64,000 bases of DNA, from contig NC_047062.1 of NCBI RefSeq assembly GCF_902459465.1, positions 20,274,001 to 20,338,000 of the forward strand, read 5' to 3'. The position numbers and the translations under genes are program-made. How positions within the stretch are numbered: position 1 is the stretch's first letter; every line of letters begins with the position of its first letter. This DNA is from Asterias rubens. Lineage: Eukaryota. The notes under the pieces are model-generated. The model worked only from the letters and a program-made list of their open reading frames with translations, searched no databases and was not told the origin of the DNA. Of the stretch, positions 1 through 12,100 are shown piece by piece.

Positions 1-62
1 CTAACGCTTCCATAGATTTATAAGGTTAAAATTTCACCTTAGAAGTCAAGAACTTTAGGTAC

Positions 63-651
63 CTTCAAACTTCACAGGATATTGGCAAACCGTTCCGCAG
101 CCATTTCCACAACATTTCTTGTAAGAGAAGCAGTCGTTGTCCGATGTGCACTCATTTATGCAGATGCCAGCCTGGTATCGGGTGACAGGTGGGCAATGTT
201 TTGCCTCACTGTCTAATAAAAACAAATGAAGTGATGATGAAAGGTGAAGTTCCCCCCATTTCTTTTTCAATTAAAAACAGCATATATAATGGGAACAATT
301 AAATAAATTATTAATAGTAGGTCTACAGGTCATTGTTATTGTTTTAAATTAATTAAGCTAAACCATTCATTCAACATTTTAAGGCCCAGGGTAAACTCCA
401 AATTGAAAGTTGGAACGTTGAAAGGAATTGGAACCCAACAGCACAGGACAAATCGAGAGCCCATTTGTATGCCAAGTTATAATCCTCTCATAACCCAAGA
501 AGACGAGAGAGTTGTCATTTCGTTTCAACTGAATTCCCTGTTAAATAGGCAAAAAGTGAAGTTGTTCTTACGTACCTGCTGTCACAGACACGGAAGCAAG
601 GGCGACGACACAAAACCAAATGCTGTGAGTGTCACTGTCACTGATCCGCAT
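63..651 (-). CDS. 5' part of a secreted WAP (four-disulfide core) domain protein; gene continues past the left edge
   Basis: Exon 651-576 encodes MRISDSDTHSIWFCVVALASVSVTA (signal-peptide-like) and ends CAG|GTACGT. Exon 212-63 (TTATTAG| ... GAAG|GTACC) encodes DSEAKHCPPVTRYQAGICINECTSDNDCFSYKKCCGNGCGTVCQYPVKFE with the 8-Cys WAP pattern. Both introns are phase 1 and the exons join in frame. Confidence 0.88.
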
Positions 652-785
652 GTTCACAGTGTTGTTGAGTTTTTATCTTGACGAACGACAACACAGATAA
701 CGACAAGATAAAGATGAGGGATCTATTCTATAACACTATACGGGCTTCAAAAACTGAATCTTACAGATTGATGACTCCAAAACAA

Positions 786-816
786 TTTATAGTAATTTTT
801 GCCTGAGATGACGTCA
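786..816 (-). promoter_or_regulatory. Candidate TATA box and CRE palindrome upstream of the WAP gene
   Basis: TATAAA on the minus strand at 791-786 and TGACGTCA at 809-816, about 135-165 bp upstream of the ATG at 651. Motif match only. Confidence 0.35.
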
Positions 817-1894
817 AATAACTCTTTGTAATGGTAGGTGTTCAAGTACATCTATCGACGAGAGGAACGGTGACACACTTGTGACTTTGTGTGTGGACCG
901 GTACTGAACGGTACTTGTTACCCGCACACAAACAATAACAACCTCGACGACCCGAGTTCATTTTGTAAACAACACACGGTACGGTGGCTCTAAAGAGACA
1001 CCCAAAAACTATAAATCTCGTACAGGAAAAGTCCGTGTTTTAAGAAGAGTATTTAATTCCTACATTAAACTAACCAAGCAGTTTGTAAAAAAGTCCTTCA
1101 AATGCAATGGTCATACAATTGATCATGCTGGCACGCGGTTGACAGATAATAAACATTTATTGTCGACGGCCTTTACTGGAGGACAGGTAATGTCATCAAA
1201 TACAGTAATTGTAAATTTCCGGGCGTTTTTCTACGTCCATGGTTTGTCCGAGACCGCTTCGAGACCCATTGGCAGCAGAAAATTTGATTGGACATTTTCT
1301 GTTATTGAATAAATGTAACCATTTTGGAGGTAGAAATTGATGAAACATAAAGAACTACATAATGAACTCTTTGAAGTAAAATTTTATTATTTCCGATACA
1401 AAATGCATATCTACTTAAGGTTTAAAAAGGATTAATTCCGGGGATTTATTTACGCATATTGTTTTTTACTCAATCCTGACAGACAAAATGCAAATTTCCG
1501 GTTAAATGATTTTTGTTTAGAAAGGGGTTTTAAAAAGTAAAAATAAACCATTTATGGTGCTTTTAGATATTGTTTTTATATGACGGATAGCTTATTTATA
1601 TACGGTGTACTATCATACACTATTCATATATAAACTATTTCATATTATGTAACTAGTTATTGGCCGATATTTCGTAGAGTTGGCCGTCTATAAATGTCGT
1701 TCTTGACGAGAGATACAAGTCAGTGTTACAGGCTCTTCGCAACATTAGTTTGTTTTCAATATAACTGCTCATATCATTATCTTGGTTAATAAATACGGTA
1801 TCACAAGCATTATTTATCCAATTCTTGTATCCTGATATGGCCAATCTAAAACGTACACATGATCAGCATCTTAAAGGTAGGCATACAAAACTTA

Positions 1895-2389
1895 CCGGTG
1901 TCAGATGCAATTGTGTCCGCCATGCAATACTGTCCACTCCGGACACTTTTGCATATGCAATCGTGTCCGGGGTTATGCAAAAACCGTCCGGCGGACATGT
2001 ACATGACTGTATGATGTGCGCGCGTAAGCGAGCGTGCATGCACTGAACCTATACGTATGCGCAGCATGAATATTCACGTGTTTTTTTTATGATTGCAGCG
2101 AATACCCAACAGCCGAACATTTCCCATGTCATTCATGACACGCACTTAGCTTGTAAAATGGCGAACGTGTTCCGTCTACCAAGGGCGTTTAATTTACTGC
2201 AAGAACGGTTTTTCACGGGGGCGGACACAGCTGCATATGCAAATGTGTCCGGGGGACACAATTGCATGTTGCAGCAGCGTCCGGGCGGACACGACTGTAT
2301 ATGCAAAACCGTCCGGGTAACATTACTGCATATGCAATAATGTTCTCCGGATAGTATTGCACAGAGGACATAATTGCATGCGACACCGG
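1895..2389. mobile_element. TA-flanked MITE (Tc1/mariner-type target site) with internal subterminal repeats
   Basis: TA|CCGGTGTCAGATGCAATTGTGTCC at the left end and GGACATAATTGCATGCGACACCGG|TA at the right form imperfect TIRs with a TA duplication. The interior repeats TGCATATGCAA..GTCCGG units in both orientations. Confidence 0.75.
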
Positions 2390-3186
2390 TACTCGGTAAC
2401 GAGCATTAGAGCTGTTGATGTCGCAGTGAGAGCTGTTGATAGTATACAACATTGTGAGAAAGGGCTCCCTCTGAAGTAACGTAGTTTCTAGAAAGAAGTA
2501 ATTTCTCACTAAAGTATAATTGAGTTCAAGCATCCATCTGAAAGCACACAACTTGTGCGACAAGGGTGTTTTTCTTCCATTATATATTATCTCGCAACTT
2601 CGACGACAAAAATACAAATTTTCACAGGTTTCTTGTTTTTTCACAATCAATTCTTGAAACGCGTCCGATGGATTTTCTCTTATCCTTATTATTGGCCAAA
2701 CTAAAACATATAAGTCCTGTATAATAGGCCTAGTGCCTTCAGGTAACTATTATAATACTCGACATTGCGGAAAACTTGATTCTAATAAACGGATACTCTT
2801 GGTTAATTGCTTGTTGTACTTGCATAATTATACTAATCCTCAATCACGGATTTTATTCACAATCGTCTTTAGTTTGTGTCATACTGTTTTAAGAGTCAGA
2901 TGACTGTTCTTATATAATAGGCCTATACCTGCGTGCTTATCTGTTTTGCCTGCAACCTTGATCAGAATAAAATGTTTTTTTTTTCTGATCTCGAAATAAA
3001 TAGGCAATTGTTAACTTACAATAAACTTTTATGCCGAATTTATCATTCATTTGATTGATTGATATTACTGAAATGACCTTATAGTCTTCGTCAAAACGGA
3101 GTCAAGTTTATAAAGAGTTGCTTCGGAAACCCACACCCTTTTATTCTAGGTGCCTTAAGATCTTGAAACCATTTATATGCACGCCT

Positions 3187-6100
3187 TTATAATATCTCAT
3201 CGAATTCTTCCATCAGCTGTGTGTCGTCATAAATGTCGTCATCCAGTTTATCCAACAGCAGGTAACCCTGTCAGAGAAAAATACACTTATTAATCTTCGA
3301 GTAGACATTTAGAACTTAACTTTAATTCCCGGTCCGATGTGCTCGATATACAGCTTTCCAAATGGAACATGTTAATGCACTTTTACATAAGTCAGCGCCA
3401 TTGTGCTTTTTCTGAGTGAATTTAATCACTGTAAGATAGCTCACAAGCCTGGGGAAACATTCAAACATAATTTATGTAAACCAGAAACACTGAGGTAACC
3501 ACCCCCTTTTCCATGACATGTGTTCTAGGGTTCGTTAACGTGCAATTACCAATCCCATAGGACACGGTTGCGTTGATTGTGCGCTCTATAATGTATTAGC
3601 CTTAAACTTGGGAACGTATTGTTTTAAGATGAGAGCAAGAAGCTCATACCATTTCCTCGGTGAATATTTTGTCCAACTGCTCATAAAGACTTTGAAAAGA
3701 TGGCCGCTCAGCTGGATTCTGAAGCCAGCAGCTCAACATCATTGAGTACCTATATCATACAAAACACATTGCGAATAATTATGGATGTTTTAAAATAATT
3801 GTATATTTTTGTTTTAAATTTGTTGGTGCCCGATGGGTCTTCAATGCCATAGCCACTGCAGGCCGGATAGGAATTGTCGGCTACGGCTACGAAGGTTGTT
3901 GCTACGTCATAATGACGCGGTGATGACGTATAGCCATACACAAATTCGGACTCAGCACTATTTTGGTAGGCCTCCTTTACATAACTTGTATCAACTTTAT
4001 AGTCATTTTTTTATTTTTATTTATTTTTTATTTTATAATTACAAATCATTTACATGTGTCATAAAATAAACTTACATCTGTTCATTGCAGCTTTGTGGAC
4101 TCGGCATACGGTAGCCATTCTGTAGTTTGCTTACCATGGTCTTAACGGACATGAGCGGGTACGGCCGGTGTCCTGTAATGCAACCAAATTTAGGTTAAGA
4201 AATCAGTTGTCGATTAGGGCCTTTATTAAGGTTCTCAGTGTTCTCACTCTACAAGCCTAAGGCGTGACTGCAAAGATTATCCAACCCTATTAAAAACAAA
4301 AACAAAATCGATTACCAATTAATAAACATGACTCTTACCAAGCGTGGCCAACTCCCACAGAAGAACCCCAAAAGACCATACGTCACTTTCCGATGTGTAC
4401 ACGTCACTGACTAAAGATTCCAGCGCCATCCAGCGCATCGGTAGAGGTCTCTGCAAATTAATGATTTCAAATAGTTTCGGTGAAAACAATATCATGTTAT
4501 TTATATGCCTATATTTTTTTGCTCCCTTCGTTAATGAGACACTATGCCTTTAATCGGCGTTTTGGGCTATAAAAAGTTTGTATGGTTTTTTTTAAATCAG
4601 GAGGGCGTATACGACTGGAAAGATGCTTTAAAAGTAGAACATAATGATCCACACGAATATGCCTTGAAATTGTGTGGTTTTCACCGCCATTTTGTAGAGT
4701 TAAACAATCCGTTCATTGCTCTCGGAAGTGTGTTCACGTTCATATTCTTGTTGACAAAAACATCCATGCTTGCAATGTCTAAGAAGTTGTTGTTTGCTAC
4801 CTCGAAGCCGCCGTGGTACTTGCGCAAAATATTGTCTTTCGAGTGATCATTCCAACAGCCAACTGGGGCTGAGAAATTTGCCAAGGGCCTGAAAGTTCAA
4901 GCTTGATAATGAAAGAGGCGTTGGTACAGAGGTCTCACCATAAGCCATTATGAGGTATATATGGTGGAAACAATGCCAGGACACTAAGTAGGTTTGGGTT
5001 GATTTGTCTGATACACCCAAACCAAACTGTGCACTCCTATGGTGTCCGCATCTCAACAAGGCTAATAGAGCAAAGATGGTCTCACCTTAGATTTTCGGAT
5101 GTAGATCCGTTCATGTGTGATATCCCGAGAGAGGCCGAAATCAGACACCTTGCATTCCATGTTGTCACTGATCAACACATTACGAGCAGCCAGATCACGG
5201 TGGATGCACTTGAGAGGGCAAACAAAAATAGTAAGCGCGGGCAATTAAAGATTGCTATTATTCCTACTTACCTCAATTAAACATTGAATGCATAAACGTA
5301 AATCTATCGAACATCCAAATAAGAACAAAGGATGGTCGTTTTATCCATGAACATCATGACCGCCACAGCGGAACATACAACACGAAGACAACGACCACGC
5401 CCCACAGCCACTGCAGGTGTGGCTGCTCTAAATTCTGTTTATCACCACAGTCAAAAGTAACTGTACAGAACGCATTCACAATATATAAGGTCCCACAAAC
5501 TCTTTTTTCAAACATGGTGAAACTGGTTTTGAGTTTTTACCATTTTCGAAGACAAGAAACTCATTCCACTCGCCACATCTCTGGCACACTTGACCAAGGT
5601 CTGTGAGAGTCTCTTGCTGTAGCCAGTGGAGTTTGCATAGACTGGGTCTTGAGTTTTGCACTCGTTGAGGTAGCTCTTCAGATTACCTTTAGCAAGGTAC
5701 TCCATTATGATATAAATGGGATCTATGGAGTCAAACAGTTGAACATCGAAACTTCACAATTCGAGATGATAGAGGATGAAAGGTCAGGAATGTACTTGGC
5801 TTGGCACTGCCATATGGATATGTTGTTGATACTCTAACACATCAAATTGGCCTATAGTATGAATAGTTTGAATATAAAATAATAATGTATACTTTTAAAT
5901 GGTGGCAGCGGTGGGATGGAAAGGAATGAAACACAGATGACAGATTCTTTAGGCGAATGGCTATAACTATGGTTTTCTGCACCGACTCTCACTGATTGTT
6001 GCTGTTGTTGTTGTTGTTATTATTAGTGAAGAGTATTTCATGAACTGTTGCCCCACCACCCTCGGGTCGGGACACTGTTGTGTTATTGATCCGACCGACT

Positions 6101-9100
6101 GACTATAAGCTTTCTTATTGGTAGTGAATGAATGGTTAACTGATGATGTCTCTTTTTTTATCAGTTGACACAAAGTAACTGTGACATTTATTATAACATA
6201 AATGTTTAATCTATTGTAATATTAAGAGCCTCGATTTAAGATCACTCTGCACTATAATACCGTACAGCAATGGCTTGCACGAACTGAGAAACACATGTTT
6301 TACCTTCTCTTACGCAACATCCCAGCAATCGGACGATGTTTGGATGTGAACCAACTGCTCTCATTAAGTCCAACTCTTGAAGAAGGTCACTCTTGGCCTG
6401 AATGTCAGCACCCTCTTTTGTAAAAAATAAAATAAAATAAAAATTAAACAAACCATAGTGACACATTTTTCTCATAATTTTTTTTTTATGATCACCGTTT
6501 TCAGTCCCCAAGCATTTTTCATCACCAGGGTGGGCGCCGTGGCTTCGGCGTTCACTGTCGGATAATGGTCATGATTGGTCCTCAGTAACCTAGTCGTCTG
6601 CATCGTAAATGCAACGGATGATGGAAAACAGATCTCTTTAGCTGAGCTGCTGTGACTGCTGTGTTATTTTTGCGTGAAATAGTTGCAACTTTTTTTCTTT
6701 TTTTAAGTAAACCATCACAAGTTTACCTTTACTGAAATTGGGTGTGGATGATAATCAGCCATTTTGATGGTGGACACACTATCTATGACACTATTTAGTT
6801 TGGGTAAATGTGTTTGCATGCCAAACCAAACAGTGGTCATGATCTATACATTCACCTTTGATTGTTTTAACGGCCACGGTGGTATGTTTCTTGCTTTCTT
6901 CGATCCCTATTGCTGTGGCCAACAACACCCGTCCGAAGTTTCCTGCACCCAGCTCACCCGTTATCACAATGAGATGCCTCGGGAACGAGAGACTCGTTTC
7001 TGCGTGGAAAGATGTTCCATCTTTGGAGATATCTGGAGGTTTAGAATGACAATGGTCGTCCTCAGTCATGGGCGTCGATCAGGGAAGGGACAGGGGGACA
7101 TTAGTCTCCCGACCTTTTGAGGGGAGGGGGGACACAATATTAAAATGTCCCTCCCCCCCCATGTTTTTGACCACCTTTGTCATGAAGCTCAAGTATTGTA
7201 CTGTGTGTATTAAACCAGACCATTTGTCCCGCCATCGGCTTCAATCCTGGAGGCAACGGATAACACCACTTTTTTGAAGGGTGTGGGGCACAATATCAAA
7301 TGTCCCTCCGTGTTAAATTGTTTGGACGCAGTCATTAAAACAAAATGACTCTACGGCACTGGATTCTATTGGCAATCACTCAAAATAGTTGTTCGCATAA
7401 AAATTTACTTGGTAACGACCAATGGAGAACTGCTGGTAGTATAAAACAGTGTGAGTAAACGGCACCCTCTGAAGTAACGTAGTTTTTGAGAAAGAGGTAA
7501 TTTCTCACTCAAATATTTGAATCTGAAAAAAGGCCTCCGAAGCCTTTTTTGGCATCTAAAAGCACAACAATTAATTTGTGCAACAAGGGTGTTTTTCTTT
7601 CATTATTTTCTTGCAAGTTCGATGACCTTTTGAGTCCATATTTCACAGGTTTGGTATTTTATGCATATGTTGAAACACACCTAGTGATAGTACTGGTCTT
7701 TGACAACTACCAAAGGTGTTCAGGGGTGGATTAAGAGTTGAGACTAATCCAATCTCGAGTTAGGACGAGTTACTCGTCCTAACTAATAGGACTAGCCTTA
7801 AGTTTTTCGAACCCAGTGCCTTTTTGCTGATAGTGACAAACTGGTTACTTACCATTGAAGTTTGCTACGTCAGGCACTTCGGGAAATTCGAGGGTTTTGA
7901 GCACCAGTTGGGATCTGAAGTAAAGATAGAGAAAAGTAAGTCTATGGAATAGGCCTATACGACTGCTGTTTTGATATTGGCTACAGCGATGATTGAAACC
8001 ATTTTTTATTTGTGGAGAAACATAAATAATCGGATCTAAAAAATGGCGGTTCGCGAAGTTCACGAAGTTAAAAGGAAAACCACACACACAATAACGAAGA
8101 ATAAAAAAACCGACAAAGTGACATAATTTAGCAAATTTCTTTTTACGGTCCACGTAAGTCTTCTGATGGGCGCTGCGATGATTTGAACCACTTTCATTTA
8201 AAGCCATTGGACACTTTCGGTAAACAGTACTGTCAAAAGGCCTACACTTCGTGTATCACAACTTATATATAAAATAACAAACCTGTAAAAATTTAGGCTC
8301 AATCGGTCATCGGAGTCGGGAGAAAATAACGGAAAACCCACCCTTGTTTCCGCACGTTTCGCCGTGTCATGACATGTGTTTACTATAAATCCGTAATTCT
8401 CGATTGATAATTGTTTTAATGTTTTCTCAAAAAGTAAAAGTATTTCATGGAATAATAATATTTCAAGAGAAGTCTTTTACCATTACCTTCTGTAAACCCT
8501 GTAAGTTGTTTGTAAATCTGTGAACTTTTTTTTTCCTGTTCCGAAAGTGTATAATGGCTTCAAGTTTAAGGAGGAAAAAAATAATCGATTCTACAAAAAG
8601 CTCACAGTTGGCACTTTCAAAATACTTTCCAACCATTTATTTCAAAACAATCGGTTTCATTGCCTTAAGCGCCTAATCCGAAGACAACGTCGCTTATATA
8701 AAAACTGTGTGTATTTGTGGTCTCGATATTACTTGTTTTGTATGAGGAGACAATGAGTGGTTTGACATAATTTTAAAAGGTTGGTGCGACCAAATGAGAT
8801 TTGGTTTGCATATAAGGGACAGAATGTATAAACTTCACCCTTCATTTTCGACGATGTCGTGGCCCATTTCTTGTGCCATTTGAGTTCCGTCTCGTCTGTG
8901 CTTCCGTCTGATGACACAAATGGTTAGAGAGGCTGCGACTGCGCCGAAGACCATCACCAACAACGGCACCAACCAAGCTATCATATCTTGGAAAGATACA
9001 AAACACTATTTAAAGCATAAACTAGCTATGCTGCATAACTGATGACCGCAATGAACAATAATCTATTCCTTCATTTATAAGTTGCTGAACGAAAAGTGGT

Positions 9101-12100
9101 GACACCGTCAGAAGTGCTGTACCCCCCTTGAAAATGTTCTTCTGTGAGAACTGAACCTGTACGTCAAATTATCTTCTGATATAGGCCTAGGTTATAAATG
9201 AAACAAACACACACCAAAACCACACATAATGCACTTTTTCGAAACCACGGCTTTGGCTTTGGATCAGGCTCCGTTCTCTCGTCTGAAGCCCATACGCAAA
9301 GCACGCGCAAAATGTCAAATCACTAGCGGGGCCAAGCCATATAGCCAGAGCCGAATCCAAAGCCGAAGCCGTGGTTTCGAAAAGGCCCATAGGCTGAATA
9401 ATCAAAGGACCAGGGATTTGTTTTACACGGCACTTGGTTGTTGGAAAAAAAGTTGGATTGGAATGAGTTTCGTATAGGAAGTTTTTTTGTAAACTGTTGA
9501 CATATCAAAATGGAGTTCCTTGTTTGCCATAATGTTAATGGGTGGAACTTACTGATAGACTTAATTGAGCAGGTAGCTCCTTCGAATCCAGGTTGACACA
9601 GGCACCTCAAGCCGTTCGGTAAATCGATGCAGGTGGATCCATTAGAACACTTAGTGGAATTATCACAATAATTGACTTCTGTACATGAAACGAGAGATAT
9701 CAGTAATTCAAACAATCCGTCTCCTAACGATGACTAGAGCAAGCTAGTCGAAACGTTGAGACAACTTTGTTTTTAACTTCACTCCAGTGAAGTTAATAAC
9801 GATCCTATAAGCTATAATAGTATAGTCCCAGTCGATTTTCTGCCTTCCGCCGAGGTATAAGTAGGCCTATAGTTAAAAAGCAGGAAAGTTCTTTTCAGAA
9901 CTGAGACGAGTTCCGAAATTGCCGATAAATCTTCTCCGCGGTTGTAGAATATAGCAAGACAGTTCTCTATGGAACAAAATATACAAGGAAAGTAGACAGA
10001 CATGGTGCTATCGCAAACATATTGATACTTCACCATGCCAATGCCTCAAATCCCATAAAATTCAAACTATATGCATTTTATCATGACTTAATTCCATCAC
10101 TTGTTCCATGCGTCTGTTTAAAACCCTTCAACTTCAACCCGAAATGACTTGATAGTCGAACTAGAAATTCACATAAGGTAATCCCTGTCCTGCAACTTCC
10201 CATGGTTGTATCGTAAACTTGTGTGTGATCCCTGGCTATATTCGGCATTTACGGGTCGACTTCTGACTGGCTCACTGAATGAAGATTCTGACAAAATAGA
10301 GATACCGCCACCGTAGTAGGGCTAGATCGATAGGTGACTATAGAGCGCCAGCAATTTTCAGTAGGGTCAAATCCCGGGCTTGTCAGTTTTTCTTTCAACC
10401 CAAAACTTTTAAAATCTAGTCAGTTTCTCTAATTATTGGATAATAAATCAGCAAACCTGTTTGAATGCGAAATCCTCCGGTCATTTCGTTCTTAGTTACA
10501 GCCTCGAACTGTGAAAGAGCCCCTCCGCTCTTCAGCACGTTTAATAAACTGTAACTGTTACGGTCAGTCCAGAACAGTCGGTCCCCGTATAACTCAAGAT
10601 CAAACGGAGCAAGAAGAAGTAGCAATTCTTTCACCAGAGTTCTCTCGTTGCCTGATAGGTCACTCTTTTCGATTTTAGGCGGGAGGTTATCATCAATCCA
10701 GTACAGTTGTTCTTCTATAAACATTTTAGAGACTTATAATTGCTTTATTTGTAAATTAGCGGTGCAAAGTAGGTTTCTTTCTTCGGGTAAAAAAGAAAAA
10801 TCAAAGTTATTCCACCGATGTAAACCAAACTTGTTCAAACTAAACCCTTATCCCACACCGCATAATCTGCGATCAATGACCGCTTCATCAATGACCGCTT
10901 CATCTATAGTAAACATTGTAGTTATATTTTACAAATTTGCACCTTCTCAGCACATTTCGTGGCCGATGGTGGCCCAGGTTGTGCAGATACCAAATACATA
11001 TGCTCCTGTATGGTGGACAATGATCATCTGACGATCGGATAGTCAATATAAAAAAAATTGTACAAAGATAATTTCCTCCCATTGTAGCCAAACTTGGACA
11101 AATGCAGTCTGTGAGTGTATTGATAAAAATGTGTTGTAATTGTATAGTGGTCAGTGGTGGCATTCCCCCTTAAGAATTAATCATTATTTTGTTTTTCAGG
11201 CATTTTATCCGACTGTGGCAATTTAAGGCAGATTCATTTCTGACTTGCGATACACATAGCATGCATCGCATGCCAATGATCACCCCTGGTAAGTCAGTAG
11301 TGGTCAATTTATAACAACAGATTAAATTCTACAGTAATTTTTACCCTGATGTACATGTAAGTAGCTTTCTGCAAATGGTCACCAGTATTATAGGCACCTT
11401 TTCTACAGTATTTGTTACCCAATGATTGGCAGAGGCATTACTTTTCGGCTTGATACAAACAGTATTCGTGCTTCGTGTCACTTGTTTTCATATTGGATAA
11501 ACTAGAAACAGTATTCGTGCTTTGTGTCACTTGTTTTCATATTGGGTAAACTAGTTGTGCTCTTTAGTAAGATCTTACCTTCATAATCAATAGCTAACCC
11601 ATTTGGCTGAGCTAAATTTCCCACAACGATGATCGTCGCATTTCCACCGTTTGAGTCTGATTTTCCGATTGTACTATTATTTTTGGATACACTGGTCCAG
11701 TAGATATTCCTGAAAAAAATTAAGTTAAAAAAAAAAAAAAAAAAAAACATGATGCGTGAGAGACAGAAAATCTTTAAAGGTATTCAACTACGAGTACGTC
11801 TCATCACAACCCAAGTCTTTTGCACTCAAAATGTATATTGCACTAAATTTGAAATTGAAGTGTCTGTGTGTCGTGAAGTATCATGGCAACGTCCTCTCGG
11901 TTTGTGGTTCTATCTGTTTCATCTTGTTTGCTCGGTTCGCTGAACTTGGTAATGAATCAGGTTGTTTTCATACTGGATGAAATCATTAATTGTATATTAA
12001 AAAGTTAAACTGGTATGTTCAAAACAGTATTATGGGTGGGGAGATAACAAAGCATGCCTGGAATTACACGAATGTCATGGACCTCGGGTGCCCTGGTCTT

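Noticed and set aside
1025-1034. NF-kB site upstream of the WAP gene
   Set aside because: GGAAAAGTCC mismatches GGGRNNYYCC; too weak to support.
4681-4884. ORF with GCWND motif, vaguely WSC-like, inside the RTK
   Set aside because: Flanking kinase exons join in frame without it, the later WSC cysteines are missing, and it runs into a family D MITE fragment.
9090-9175. Small extra RTK exon between the EGF and TM exons
   Set aside because: Weak donor (G|GTGTCA), and the model is already in frame without it.
11457-11555. ~50-bp tandem duplication in RTK intron 4
   Set aside because: Real, but an ordinary two-copy slippage event that does not include the splice site.
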